A stretch of 64,000 nucleotides of DNA from the human T2T-CHM13v2.0 reference genome, Homo sapiens. Shown piece after piece: positions 27,340 to 42,618 of the stretch. The DNA is taken from the NCBI RefSeq assembly GCF_009914755.1, contig NC_060942.1, one strand, 5' to 3'. A model generated the notes under the pieces. The model was not told the DNA's origin and made no database searches. It saw nothing but the letters and a program-made list of their open reading frames with translations. Numbering within the stretch: the stretch's first letter is position 1; each line of letters begins with the position of its first letter. A program made the translations under genes and the position numbers.

Positions 27340-30300
27340 CCATCACAACATTTCTAAAATTTATTAAGTTCACTGCTTTTACCTGAATTAGACTTTCCAC
27401 TATTCTCTGGGCCATAGACGTTCCTAAATATATCTACTGTGTAACTGTCATTTTTCTTTCCTATGTCTTTCCAATTGTTTCAAATTTATTCCTGTAGTTA
27501 GATATAATCCCTGCTTAGCATGGTGGCCTGAATATAGTTGGTATTCAGTATTTTTACATCGATATATTTATTAAACATTGTGGTCAGTTAAGGATTACAG
27601 CGATCTAAAAGTTTAATGCATATCCTTGAGCTTATGTTCTTGATGGAGAGGTAAGACTAACACATGAAAGAATTTGAGAATAGTCTCCTGTGGCAAAGAT
27701 AATGTTTACAGAATATAAACATTCTGTTATAGAAAAATCTTTGTTGATTGTGAAAATGAAATGGGCCTGTGGGGAAAGTAAAAGTTAAGTTTGACCCTCA
27801 AGAGTGGGTAAAATTTTGAATAAATAGTAACTTTATTATTTGGCTATATTTAGACTCTTTATCCTGAGTAAGGAAAGGAAAAGGAAGTACAGGTGAAGGA
27901 AAGATAATAGCTCTTGTATTTTTTCATGTTTAAAACATCATCTGGGAACATGACACTCCCTGCTTACCATCATCTGCTTACCATATAATAGGGTGTTTCC
28001 ACTGGGGTAGTTGCAAAAATACAATATGACATTTCAGCCTCTTGTGGTACTCTACAAGGAAGCAAGATAAGGATATTAATCTGGGAAAACCAACCTTATT
28101 TCTGTGAAAAATTAAAATTATGCTTTCTACTTTTCAAACAAGGAAGTTAGAGCTGGATCTTCAAAATGTTTGTTAAAAACCTAGATTGGTTGTTTGGCAT
28201 TTTTCAGTCAAAAATTAAATTGAGTGAATTTGTTTTTAATTTAGCTTTTAACTGTGCTGTTCCACCCTATCCTGCAGCTCCCAGCCTCCCAGCCTTGTCT
28301 AAAAATACACAATACTTATATCTGAATTACAAATATCAGTTGAGAAACTTCACATCTACAGTATACTTAGTTTCTACAAACTAAGGAAATCTATATAGGA
28401 AAACCTGAACAAGTTGACTGTAAATTGATTAATTTTCTTTAAGGATAGATTCCTCATAGATTTCTGAGAATTGAATACCCATTACAATTGAATATAGCAA
28501 TGGTATTTACCAAGATTCAGCAAAAGATAGCGGGATCAAGAAGAATGCCCTAGAGCTGATATGATTGGATTATACTAAGATACAGGACAGACATCTCATG
28601 TTGGTGTGAACAAATAGAGAAATATGGGCTTCATCATAGTAGCTGTGGAAACATTTTGACTGATAAAACAACACTAGGTCTGTGCCAGACTATACCAACT
28701 ATAATTTTGAAATCAGCCTATTGTTTGAAGACCACTGGACTTATACCAATGTCTGATCTTCAGTTCTGTCTCTGCCACTTACTAGCTCTTTCAGCTTGGG
28801 TAAATCACTTCTTAATGCAGAAGGCAAGCCAGATAGTACAAAATTGATCATTTAAAAAATAATTAGAGTGACAAACCATAGCACCACACTAAGTCACAGA
28901 TGAATAATCTGCCTAAAGCATCACTTCATTTCATCAAGGCGCCCACACTGCATAGCATTAAACTTAATCAAAATTAGGATAGTCACATCCTACATGTGAT
29001 TGTAGGATATCTGGGCAAAGCCCAGGATCAACTAAACCTCAACTGACAGCCAAATATAGTCATCAACTGTTCCTCTCTGTGAAATAAACTAACAAGGCCA
29101 AATTAGCTTGTGCTCTCTTTTTTTTAATCTTCAGGGTTTGCTGCATGGTTACTTATAAGTTGCTGATCTAGTCATGGAGCATGACTAAACCTCAAGGAGG
29201 AGTAGAACACAGTTGCAATCATGGGTGTAGCCTTCTTCCAGATTTTCTCACCTATTATGTCAAAAATCCTCAGCCGTCAGAAATAGTGTTCATTTGTTTT
29301 TGAAACCAGCTGGTCCTGTTGTGGGTGGATAAGATTGCTCAAGGTAGTATCGTTGACATTTCTGTTACTTCAAACCACCTATCAGTGTGTGCTTGTGAGC
29401 TCCCTTAGTTTAGGCTTTAGCTCACATTTGTACCATCAGTTTTAGTCTTATCCTATAGCTTTAATCTCTTCCTCCATCCTTACTCTTACTTGATTTTAAG
29501 AGTTATTCATTCATAGTTATTTATTCATGTCATTCTAGCTAAAGCCTTTTAAATAAAATTGCTTCCTCCTGTCCAAAGCAACTTTTTCAAACCTTTTTTA
29601 GTAGCAAAAAAATATATATTACAGAAAAAATTTATAAACCTCACTAGGAATTTTTTAATTTCTTCTCTTTTTGTACGGTATATTTGTCAAAGTATAAAAG
29701 TGACTTTAAAATATTTTATTGTGGCTATGTATAATAAAGTTATCCCTTTAGTTTTGCTTCTTCCTGCCCTTTCAACCATGTTGTCCATATGCAAAACCTT
29801 TATTCTACTCACATTGTTTCATTTTTCCCTTGAAACATGTGTTATATTTTCTTGAATATTTATATTTATTATATTATATTAATATTCTATTTTCTTGCCT
29901 GGTATCCTTGTCCACATTATTTTTTTTTTCTTATGGAATACTTGTCCTCTCTTCCATATTTCTTCTAAATCCTGTGCATCCTTAAAGGAAGATCCTGTTT
30001 ATATTCCTGCCTTTCCCTAAAGTTTCTCCAGCCCATGGTGATCTCTAAATCTTCTGTACTTGAGGGGTTTTTTTGGCTGTTCCACTTATGGAAATTAATT
30101 ATATACAGACCTGTGAATATGTGTTTCTAATTAACTCTTAATAATATTATTGAAATGTTTGTGTGTAGATGTTTTAGCTGACTAGATTTTTTAAAAGATG
30201 TTAGCTCATAGGTCTTATATTGTCCTCTTTCATGCCTAGCATAAATGCCTAAGGTAGACAGTTTATAGAAAATTTATCTGTGTATCAACAGTACTTAATA

Positions 30301-31759
30301 TTGTGCCTGGCATACAAGCTTTCAGTAAATATTGAAGTTACGTTAAAGAATTGATCTTTAGGTAGTAGTTTCCTAAACATTTATAAGTTGGGAATATTTT
30401 CTTGTGAAAATTAACCTTTTACTTTATATCCGATTTCCTCAACTCTGTCTGAGCAAGATTCCATCAAAGCTCTGTTTCTGAGGCCATTCACAACATCAAA
30501 CCCAACTTACCTGGAATCTAGGCGATCAGAACCTGGATGCTCTTACATATTATTCAAGAGAACCAATGGTTTAGAGCTCAGGCTTTGCTGTCGGAGAGCT
30601 TGAGTTCATATTTCTATTCTGCCACTCCCTCATTGCATGACTCTGGATAGTCTTTGTTTCCTTTACTGTAAAATGCAGATGGTAATGACTCCTTTAGCAC
30701 AGGGTTGTTATGAAAGGTTATCTGTGTAAAGTATGTGGCATAAAATAAGTGGTCAAAAAGAATGTTAATAATAATAATTACTATTGTTGTCATCACTAAC
30801 AATAATCATTCTCTTTACTAATAGCTTTTCATATGATAAAGTCATCTTGTATTATAGAAATTTTAAGTGACTAGCTTGTCAATAAAGTTTCAGCATGTAA
30901 GTTTCTTCCCAAGTGTAAATCTTGACTTTGAAGTTCCACTCTTTCTGAAACCCTGTGACAAAGAGAAAAAGACAGTGGGCTGCAAACTGGGAGGCTTGAA
31001 TTCTACTTCTGGCTTGCTCACAGATTAATTTTTTAACCTTTAAGATAAAGTAAGCCAATTGTATTATTGTTATCCCTGTATATGACTTAATTCCAATGAT
31101 TCATAAGCTTCCTTAAGGCAAGGACAAAGTTTTACCGAAGTTTTATCTTTGTACTCCTCACTATGGCTTAGTAAATACTGCATAAGTACATAGCTTCAGT
31201 TCTCTCATCTGTAAAAATGAGGGGATTGTACTGTCTTAATTCCTTTTAGCTCTCAAATATTTTGGACATAGAGGTCAGTGAAAAATTAGCCCCATCTTTG
31301 GAGAGGAATTGAGGATCAGGAAAATATAAATGTGAGTGCCGCAGTTGCTGAAAGTAAAAGGCTGTCCCCAACTTTTTTTTTTTTTTTTAATGGAGAGATA
31401 GACCAAGATCCTGGTCTATCCAGAAATTAGCCTTTCTATTCTGGTGTATCATGTGTATTCTAAAGTGTTTCACATCTTTCCTTTCTTTATCACCAAGGTT
31501 ACTGCTATACCAAGCCTTCCAAATAATTTCAGAACTGACCTTGAGTGGGAGGAGGCAGAGTACCTTTGTGGTTTTACTCTGACGTTTATAAATACAGTGC
31601 CCACATAAAAGAAACTTTTCATTAGTATTGAATGAATTTTATATTATTTCCAAAGTAGAAAATTTATAGTCTTATTTTTTTAACTTTCATATTTTAGAGT
31701 AGCCTTATAGGTTCTCTTTCTTTGACATACATCTCTGAGATCCCACCTTAAGTGAATAA

Positions 31760-32081
<322 letters not shown>

Positions 32082-33985
32082 CTTGAATAACATTTTAAAA
32101 TGTTTACACACAACCTCAGGTTTAAATAGAATTACTTTTAAAGTAAGTCTGTTATTAGCAATATCTTTATATTTATTGAATTTATTATTATAAATTTCTT
32201 TCTCATGACAGATTTTTTTAAGCATGGTTGAATAAATCGTCTTTACTGAAAGAATTGTAATATAAAGCGAATTGCTTGATTTTTTTTCCATTTAATTGTG
32301 AATTGGATACTTTCATGATTTTTAAATTATAAAGTGCCCATATTAAAGTATATATTAAATGTAATTATGGGGGAAAATGCCAAAAGTAAAAACAAAAAGC
32401 TCAAATAATACAAAGAGAAATATGTAGTGAAAAATGTACTTCTGCTTCTCAGAGTCAGTTATTATTAATAATGTATTGTGGATGTTTACAAAAACATTAA
32501 TGCAAATGTAAGCATATATAAACATGATTACTTAGACTTATATATCCATGTCCTTTAAAAAAATTATTTTGCTATTCCTGTCAGTGACCTAGTTCACAGT
32601 AGTTGTTCAATAAATATTTAAATTACCCAATACTCTTTTATTAGTCGACAGCTGGTCCGTTTTTCTGATGCATTTGGTTCTTAAAGTGCCATGTAGTTTT
32701 CAAGGATCTGAGACTAAGTTTTTCAATTATAGTAAAAACATTTTTCAGCAGTACTAAAATATTAAATGTAAATATAAATAAAACTACTTTTGTATGTGAT
32801 TTAAAACATCAATCTGCACGACTGTGTATAATAGGTTTAGTTCTCAGACTTGATAAAACTTATGAACAGGTTTTACCAGTTTACCAACTATGATGAAAGT
32901 ACCTGATTATTTGTTTCTGAGTTATAAAGTGAATTGTTAAGAAGTTACACAATAGGCATCCTGGTATTTGAAGAAATGCTCTGTAGTTAAAATACTTCAT
33001 ATTAGAATATGGTAGATTCTTAATAAAAGAGGCTAATTTTCCCAAACTCTTCTTGTATATTAGGACATTTGGAAAACAAAAGGCATTTGCTTCTCCTGGA
33101 AAAGAATTGTGGCTTAATCTAAAGAAGCACATTTACCTTGAAGCTTTAATATAACCTGTTACTAGTCTTAAAATCCAAAGTACATATAGGGTAGTCCAGT
33201 CAAAGTTAAAATTACTTTCTTCCATAAATAATTTTTCTTTCTGACAAGATGGAGTAGATTTTAATGAATTGAGAGATTGTTTTTCTTTTGTGACATCATA
33301 TTTATTATATTAAAAGATATCAGAGCTTTTTTTTCCTGGAGAATATGAAGTTGTTGGCTTGGAACTAGAAAAAATTAGAAAATATATTTTTCAACGGCCA
33401 TGATAATGCCAAGTTGAAAATTAAAGTGTGTGTTTGCTTTCCCCCAAGAGTCTCCCTGTTGAATAAATGAGTTCTTTAAAACTTTTAGAGAAATAATAAT
33501 GGTGTTATTGAAGAATAATGTCTCATGACCAAAGTAGCTCTAATCTAGGCTTGTATATATGATTTAAAATATTAGAAGGAAGATGAAAAAGACTTAGTAA
33601 ACTAATAACAGATGGATACCTAATAAGAAATATTTATCTGAAATTAACAGCCAACACCATACCTAACATTCTATTAAAATCAGGAATAAAACAATGAAGC
33701 CTGGTATCACAGCACCAGAATATTGGTTGATAAAAGTTCACCATTGAGTGTACATGTTTTCCTATGCAGGTTAGAGACTTCAGAGTAGCTAATAAGGAGC
33801 CACGACATGGGCCTAAGAGAAGAGAAGATAGTACTCAAGTGGAGTTTCTGCTTAGGGCAGCAATGGCCAGATCAACTAATATATCAGGAATATCTAGATA
33901 TTAAATACAAGATCAAAAGACATGAATAGATAATTCACACACAAACCCCAAAAATAAATGGTCAATATATTTTTGAAAGAATGTA

Positions 33986-34285
<300 letters not shown>

Positions 34286-34534
34286 TCACTAGAAATCAAA
34301 GAGATACATAATTAAACAAAATATAATTTTATAGCATGTTAAATTGGTGAAGATTAAAAATAATACTGAACATTGACAAATGCTGTTACATATTATTGTT
34401 GGAATTCAGATTGCTATGTACACTTATTTTGGAAAGCGATTTAGCAGTAGCCTTAATCAACTTTATCAGTAGCCTTAATAATATTGCAATTTCTCACTAT
34501 ATAAGCTTCATTTTTAAAAAACAATACATATGTG

Positions 34535-34793
34535 ATCCCAGCACTTTGGGAAGCCAAGGCAGGAGGACTGCTTGAGGCCAGGAATTTAACACCAGCCTGG
34601 GCAACATAGTGAGACCCATCTCTACAAAAAAATTAAAAAGTTAGTCAGCAATGGTGGCACATCTCTAGTCCTAGCTACTTGGAAGGCTGAGGCGGGAAGA
34701 TCACATGAGCCTAGGAGTTTTGGGTTACAGCGAGCTATGATCATGCCACTGCATTCCAGCCTCAGTGACAGGGTAAGAGCCTATCTCAAAAAA
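34535..34793 (+). mobile_element. AluJ-like element
   Basis: Diverged Alu dimer. Confidence 0.88.
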
Positions 34794-35129
34794 ACAGCAA
34801 GATATAAGATTGTATATATAAATTTATTCTATTTTTTACACAAATATCTTTACATACTTATATATGGGGGAAAATTCAAAAAACAATATTTAGAAATTCA
34901 AGCAAAAAAATTGATGATATACTGCCCTTATCCCCAGTTTTAGTGGTGTTAGGATGATTTATCTAGTCTTCTATGTACTTTTATTTTATAATTATTTATA
35001 GTACTTTTTTAATAATTCGAAGGAATAATCATTTATAGTGTAATAAAAAATATTGGAGAAAAGTAGTTAGATTAATTTTATTTTAAAGAACTGGAAATTT
35101 TAGGTATTGCATAGTAATCCAGGAACTTC

Positions 35130-35433
35130 ATTTTATTTTATTTATTTATGCATTTATTTTTTGAGACAGAGTCTCCCTCCGTCACCCAGGCTGGAATGCA
35201 GTGTCTCAATCATGGCTCATTACAGCCTCACCCTTCTGAGCTCAAGTGATCCTCCCACCTTAGCCTCCTAGCTGGGACTGCAGGAATGTGCCACCATGCC
35301 CAACTAATTTTTCGATTTTTTGTAGAGACAATGTCTCACTACGTTTCCCAGGCTGGTCTCAAACCCCTCAAACAGTCCCCCGCCTCAGCCTCCCAAAGCG
35401 CTCTGATGATAGCCATGAGTCACCACACCCAGC
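35130..35433 (-). mobile_element. AluJ-like element
   Basis: Diverged antisense Alu dimer. Confidence 0.88.
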
Positions 35434-36550
35434 CCTCCATTTTATAATATGTCATATTAGTTATTTACCAAGGCAGACGTACTGATAACCCAATGGTTTA
35501 TTCCAGTTTAGCATTTTATATTTTCAGTTATTTAAAAGGTCTATTAGTAAAAAGCCTTATAAAGTTTATCCACAATATTTTGAAATTTGTTTCCTTTCTT
35601 TTAGTGATTCATGGTCTAGCTTTGGTTCAATTTCAAACAGAGGGAGAAAAACACAAAATTTTTGTTTGTTTATTTAAGACAGTAAGAATAGCTATTTTCC
35701 AGGATTCAACCTTGATTATTAATGGATCCTGATCAGTGTTAGCTCATTTTACCCCCATACATTCAAGTTTTATTTCTTTAACTTTTTATTATGAAAAGTT
35801 CAAAGCATACAGACAAGTTGAAAGAATTTTTTACCCATACATCCACCACCTAATTCCAGTTAACCATACTTGGTTTATCTCATATCAATACATCTTTTCA
35901 GCCATTTCTCCATCAACAGTACATCTTATTTTTTATGCTTTTCAAATTAAGTTGCACATATCAGTACGCTTAATACTTTATCATGCATGTCATTAATTAG
36001 AGCTCAATATTTTAAAATTGTGGAGGTTTTGAGGTAATATTTAAAGAGAGTAAAATATATAAATCTTAAGTGTACCATTTGATAAGTTTGAACAAAGAAT
36101 GTACCTGTAGTAACCCAAACTCATATTATATATACAATATTACCATCACCCTGGAAAGTTCCCTCAAGGCCCTTTCCAGTCAGTTCCTACCCCTTCTAGC
36201 CCTTTACCACAAGAACCACTATTAATTTTTTCCTACCGTAAAGTACTATTGCCTGTTCTAAAAACTTCATATAAATGAAATATTGTAGGTACTCCTATAA
36301 GGCTTCTTTCAGCATAAAGCGTTTGAGATTCACTCATATTATTGCACATGTCAGTATTTTATTTTTAAATTGCTAAGTAGTAGTCCTGAGTTCAGCACAT
36401 TTTTAATATTAACTTTTTGAGATGTCTGTGGTTACTGTATTTGGTATTTCTTAGCTTGTGCTGAAAGAAACTATGTTATAATGAAGAGTACTGTAATATT
36501 TGGCTTTCTGTCATCATTATTTTTGTTTATGTTGTCTTAAAACTTAAATT

Positions 36551-36850
36551 GGGCTGGGTGTGGTGGCTCTCGCCTATAATCCCAGCACTTTGGGAGGCCA
36601 AGGCAGGAGGATTGCTCGAACCCAGGAGTTTGAGACCAGCCAGAGCAACATGGCAAGACCCTGTCTCCATAATTTTTTTAAAAAAATTAGCCAGACCTGG
36701 TGGCTCATAGTCCCACCAGCTAACTGGGAGGCTGAAGTGGGAGGATCGCTTGAGCCCAGGAAGTCGAGACTGCAGTAAGCCATGATTTTATCACTGCACT
36801 CCAGCCTGGGCAACAGGGCAAGACCCTGTCTCCAAAACAAACAAACAAAA
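36551..36850 (+). mobile_element. AluJ-like element
   Basis: Alu dimer with (CAAA)n tail. Confidence 0.9.
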
Positions 36851-36871
36851 ACTTGAGTTGATAGATAGCAA

Positions 36872-37072
36872 GTTTTTTTGTTTGTTTTTGTTTGTTTGTT
36901 TGTTTTTTGAGATGGAGACTCCTTCTGTCGCCCAGGCTGAAGTGCAGTGGCACAATCTCAGGTCACTACAACCTCTGCCTCCAGAGTAACTGGGATTATA
37001 GGTACCTGCTACCATACCCGGCTAGTTTTTGTATTTTTAGTAGAGATGGGTTTTCACCATGTTGGCCAGGCT
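36872..37072 (-). mobile_element. Truncated, internally deleted Alu
   Basis: (TTTG)n head, right arm with an internal deletion, stops within the left arm. Confidence 0.88.
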
Positions 37073-39227
37073 TGTAAAGGAGAACCTGCAAGCTATTACT
37101 TAGCAGGTATAATTAAACTGCAGGGAAATTAAATGTTTCTCCAGATAGAAACAGTGTTTAAGAAGAATGATATATGTAGAATTTCATTTAGTTCACCTAA
37201 TAGGGATTTAAAGGCAAGTGGTACATTGATAATGACATAGCCCTATTTGAAGAGTCAACCATCTTGATTATTGTGATGTACTAACTGTTTTAAAAGGTGA
37301 TGGGGGAGCCCAAGGTGGAGTCCAAATCTGTATTCCTATAACTTCCATTCATTTGTCAAGATTGTGCTTTCTATACACAAATAATCCATTTCCTTAGATC
37401 AATATGTATACTTTAAGTACTGTGTAAGTAACAATTTAACAGAGGGTTGACAATAGCCTCTTATTTGTCCCTTTTTAAACATTAGCTGGATAAAAAAAAG
37501 TTTTGTGTGTGTAAAATTTAATAGAGAAGCAGTTAAAATGTCCTTCCTGCTACTTTACAACCTACCTAGCCTCAGCTGTCATGACTTGCCTGCTCCCGCC
37601 CCACCCACCACCCCCTCTCCCCGCCCCGCAGCTTCTGTACATTGTAACTGCTATTCATACACAACTTGTCCATACTTGGAAAACTCAATACACTTGTTTG
37701 TTCTTTCCTTCTGCCTTTACTTTTTTGTAGAGGCAGGGTCTTGCTATGTTGCCCACCAGGCTGGTCTTAAACTCGTGGGTTCAAGTGATCCTCCCACCTC
37801 AGCCTCATTTAAAGTGTACAATTCATTGGTTTTTAGTATATTTCCATTCATTTTTAGTATATTTACAGAATTGTACAACCATTACCTAATCTACTTTTGC
37901 AGCCTGTTCATAATCCCCAAAACAAATCTCTTATCCATTAGCGTACACTCCATTTTCCCCCTCAACCCCCAATCACTAATCTCTATGTCTATAGAGACAG
38001 ACTTTCTATCACTATATATTTGCCTATTCTGTGCAATTTATATAGATGGAAATCATACAATATGTGGTTCTCTTATAACTATCTTCTGTCAGCATAATGT
38101 TTTCAGAGTTCATCCATTGTTGTAGCATGTTTCAATAGTTCCATCCTTTTTATTGCTGAATAACATTCTATTGTACAGATATATACCACATTTTATTTCT
38201 TCATTTATCAATGGACAGATATTTAGTTGTTTCCACTTTTTTGCCATTGTGAATAATGCTGCTATGAATAATTATGTACAAGATTTTGTGTGGACATATA
38301 CTGTCCTTTCTCTTTAGGTGGAAGTAGAATTACTGTCCTATGATAGATAACTCTGTAGCCTTTTAAGAAACTGCTAAACTGTATTCCAAAATGTCCATAC
38401 CATTCCCACCAGCTAGATGTAAGGATTCCAATTTCTTCACATTGTCACCAACACTATTGTCTTGTCTTTTTATTAAAGTGAAAAATAATTCATATACCAT
38501 CAATTCACCCTTTTAAAGTGTACAATTTGGTGGTTCTCTGTGCATTTACAAAATTGTACAACTGTCACCACTCTAATTCCAGAACATTTTTATCACCCCA
38601 AAAGAAACCCTGTACCTATTACCAGTCACTACCCATTCTCCTATGATGCCAGCTAAAATCTACTTTGTGTTTCTGTGGATTTGCCAATTTTGGACATTTT
38701 ATATGAATGGTCATACAGTATATAGCCATGTAGCCTTATGTGTCTAGCTTCTTTTATTTAGTATAATGTTTTCAAGGAGGAACTGCCAAACTTCCAAAGC
38801 AGCTGTACCACTTTACATTAAGAAGAGTGATGTATGAGGGTTTCAATTTCTCCACATCTTCTGCAACTTACCATCTCTTTTACTACAACCATCTAGTTGA
38901 TTTGAAATGTACCTCATTGTGGTTTGATTTTCATTTCCCTAATGAATATCATTTCCCTTTTGAGCATCTCTCCTTCATTCATTGGCCATTTCCATATCTT
39001 CTTTGGAGAACGCTTTGTCCATTTTTTAATTGTGCTGTCTTTTTTATTGAGTTATAAGAATTCTTTATATCATGTAGATATGGCCCTTAACAGATACTTG
39101 ATTTGCACGTATTTCTTCCATTGTGTAGATTGTGTTTTCACTTTCTTCATGGTGACTTTTAAAGCAAAAAAAAAAAAAAAATTTAATTCTGATGAAATCT
39201 AGTTTATCAGTTCATTCCTTTATCACG

Positions 39228-39995
39228 GTATTAGTTTCCTATGGCTACTTTAAAAAGTTGACAAAAACGTCATAGCTCAGAAGAACGCAAATTTATTACC
39301 TCATGGTTCTTTTTTTTCTAATTTTTATTTTAGGTTCGGGGGTGCATGTGCAGGTTTGTTATATAGGTAAAGTTGTGTTACGGGGATTTGTTGTACAGAT
39401 TAATTTGTCACTCAGGTACTAAGCCTAGTACCCAGTAGTTATTTTTTCTGCTCCTCTCCCTCCTTCCACCCTCTACCTTCAAGTTGGCCCCAGTGTCTGT
39501 CGTTCCCTTCTTTGTGTCCATGTGTTCTCTTCATTTAGCTCCCACTTATGAATGAGAATATGTGGTATTTGGCTTTCTGTTCCTACGTTAGTTTGGTAAG
39601 GATAATGGCCTCCAGCTGTTCCCACAAAAGACGTGATCTTCTTCTTTTTTATGGCTGCATAGTAGAAATCTCACAGTGGGTCTCACGTTGAGCTAAATGG
39701 TCTAAAATCAAGGTATTGGCAGTTCTGGAGGTTTTAGGCTCTAGGGGAAGCCTTTTCCAGGTCCTAGAGGATGCCGGAATTCCTTGGCTCATGGCCCTCC
39801 TCCACTTTTCAAGATCTTTGTGATTACATTAGGTCTATCTGAATAACCCAGGATAATGTCTCTTTTTTAAGGTCAGCTGATAAGCAATCTTAATAATAAC
39901 CTCACTTCACCTTTGCCATGTAAAGTAACATATTCACACATTCAAAGGAGTAGAATGTGGACATCTGTGAGGAGCCATTTTTCTGCTTACAACAT
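39228..39995 (-). mobile_element. MLT1-type MaLR LTR split by an L1PA 3' fragment
   Basis: GTATTAGTTTCCTATGGCT...AAATTTATT; resumes with CAAGGTATTGGCAG...CCTTGGCTCATGG...GATTACATT...CCAGGATAAT. Confidence 0.8.
39308..39663 (-). mobile_element. L1PA 3' fragment
   Basis: Poly-T then CATGTGCAGGTTTGTTA...GGCTGCATAGTA. Confidence 0.88.
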
Positions 39996-41963
39996 TGCTA
40001 ATGCTTTGTGTTATATCTAAGAAATGATTGCCTAACCCAAGGCCGTGATGATTTGCTTCTGCATTTCCTAATAAAAGTTTTGCAATTTTCACTTACATTG
40101 GGTCTATGATCCATTTTTGCTTGTGATGTGAAGTAGTGGTCCAATTTCCTTTTTTTACATGTAGATATACAGTTGGCCCAGCACAATTTGTTGAAAAAAC
40201 TTCTTTCCTCCAGTGAAATGTCTTGGTACTATTGTCAAAAACTACTTGACCATAAATGTAAGGGCTTATTTCTGGACTCTGAATTCTATTGCATTGTTCT
40301 GAATCTGTATGCCAAAACTGTGCTGCCTTGATTACTCTTAAGTTTGAAATCAGGAAGTATCAGTCCTCCATCTTTATTCCTTTTCAAGATTGTTCAGCTA
40401 TTCTGAGACTTTTTTGTTTCCATGTGAGTTTTAGCATCAAGTTCTCAATTTCTGCAAAAAAAAAAAAAAAGGCAGCTAGAATTTTGATAGGAATTGCATT
40501 GAATCTGAAGATTAATTGTAGAATATTGCTGTTCTGATATGGATCTTCTTATCTGTAAGCCTGAGCTGTCTTTCTGTTGATTTAGATCATCTTTAATTTC
40601 TTTGGACAATGTTTTGTAGTTTTTACTGTATACATTTTGCATGTTTTTGTTAAATGTATTCTTAAAATTTTTTTGATGTGTTTGGAAATGAAACTTGTCT
40701 TTGTTTTAATTTTGGATTGTCATTGCTAATGTATAAAAATCCAACTGATTTTTGTGCATTGGTCCCATGTTCTGCAACTTTGAAAAACTCATTTGTTACG
40801 TCTAATGTTTTTCAGTGGATTCCTGAGAGTTTCTTATATATAACATCATGTCATCTGTGAATAGCAGTAGTTTTGCTTGTTCTTTTCCAAACTGGATGTT
40901 TTTGGTTTCATGGTTTTTTATGAGGAATCAGCAGTCATTCACATCATTGTTTCCCTCTATGAGAACATTGTTTTTCTCTGTCTGCTTTTAATATTTTCTC
41001 TAAATTTTTGGTTTTTCGCTATTTGATTAATAGGTGCCTAAGTTTCTCTTCTCTTTACTTACCCTCCTTGATGTTCTCTGACCTTGAACCTGTACCTACC
41101 CCATCTCTTGCCTCATCAGTTGTGGATTCCAATTCTGCATATGTTAGACCTTTTTTATTGTTCCACATGTCCCTAAGGCTCTGTTAATTTTCTTTTCAAT
41201 CTTTTTTGTCTGTATTCTGCAGATTGAATAATTTCCATTAATCCATCTTTGAGATTTCTGACCCTTTCCTCTCTCATCTCCATTCTGTGATTAGGCTGTA
41301 CAAGGCATTTTTAATTTCAGATACTTGTATTTCAGTTCTAGAATTTCTATTAGCATTTTTTACATTCCATAGTTTTTGCTAAGATATTAACTCCTTTCGT
41401 TTATTGTATACATATATTCCTTTACTTCACTGAGCATAGTTATACTAGCTATAATAAAATCTTAGTCTACTGATTTTACCATTATGTCCTGGTATCATCT
41501 AGGAGTTGGTCCCATTGATTGTGTTATTTCTTGGAGTGGATCACATTTTACTGGTTTTTGTGTATCAAGTAATTTTTGACTGTGTGATGGATAATGTGTG
41601 TGTTAGGCCGTGAAGACTGGATTCTATTCTTTCAGTAGGCACTTGTTCAATCTGTAAACTCTTTCTTAGGTGGCAGCTCAAACTTCTGTTTTGTTTGTTT
41701 GTTTTGTCCTTGCCTGGGCTGCTTGCAATATTCCCTGTGTGTGCATTATTTGGGAGTTGGCCGGAGATTTGGGCAGGGAAACTTAGTTAAAGTAACTTGA
41801 TTGCTGTGAGCATTTTTACTTTGTTCTGTTGTTGTTGTTTTAAAAGAATTCCTGGATCTTAGAATTCCAGGTTTATTAACTGGAAATAATCATAAGTATT
41901 TGAATTCCTGTTCCTTATTTTAACAATTAAATTAAAAAACTTTTATATTTCTCTTTATTATAG

Positions 41964-42053
41964 ATCGAGCTGGGAGCATTAGTACCCTTGATTCTTTAGA
42001 CTTTGCAAGATATTCAGATGATGGTAACAGGGAAACAGATGAAAAAGTGGCAG
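41964..42053 (+). CDS. RELCH: RELCH exon 2 (90 nt, phase 1-1)
   Basis: Pyrimidine tract + TAG acceptor; encodes (N)RAGSISTLDSLDFARYSDDGNRETDEKVA; donor CAG|GTGAGT. Confidence 0.95.
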
Positions 42054-42447
42054 GTGAGTAAAATTGTAAGGACAGATTTGGATTCTTTGACATTCCAGAA
42101 ATAATGAAATGGCTTGAGGAATTTTTTTCCTTCTACAGTTTGGTATGTGACTATAACATATATAGTTATTATACAAAGTTATGTTACTAATTACTAATTT
42201 ACTGCAAGTTTGGGGGTTCCCCAACTTTTTCTTCTTGTGGTACTGAGTTTCTGGTTATGTATCCCTATAATTTGCTAAGTTATACTTGGAGCCAGCAGTT
42301 TACAACCACACAGTTGTAAAACTAATGTATGACAGGTCCAAGACAAAGTTGAACCTTAGCCTCATTCCTTTGATCCTCCAAACCAGGGCTGATAGTCATA
42401 TTTGTGTACCAATACAACTCTATTGATTGTTAAAAATTGGTTTTGAA

Positions 42448-42618
42448 CCAGGCATGGTGGTTCACACCTGTAATCCCAGCTATTTGCTATTTGGGAAGCT
42501 GAGGTGGGAGGATTGCTTGAGGCCAGGAATTTGAGACCAGCTTGGGCAACATAATGACACTTAATCTCTTAAATTAAAAAAAAATAAATAAGCAAATAAA
42601 TAAATAAATAAAATAAAA
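42448..42618 (+). mobile_element. FLAM-type Alu monomer
   Basis: Monomer with (TAAA)n tail. Confidence 0.82.

Larger units (their letters stand above)
37810..41780 (-). mobile_element. Old L1M fragments (3'UTR, ORF2, then ORF1-region pieces)
   Basis: ORFs 39998..40186 (CWANCISTCKKRKLD) and 40445..40642 (NYKTLSKEIKDDLN) are L1 ORF2 remnants. Confidence 0.8.

Noticed and set aside
37505-38125. Longest ORF in the track (206 aa)
   Set aside because: Starts at a non-ATG codon and runs through an Alu fragment and antisense L1; no splice or promoter support and no recognisable domain.
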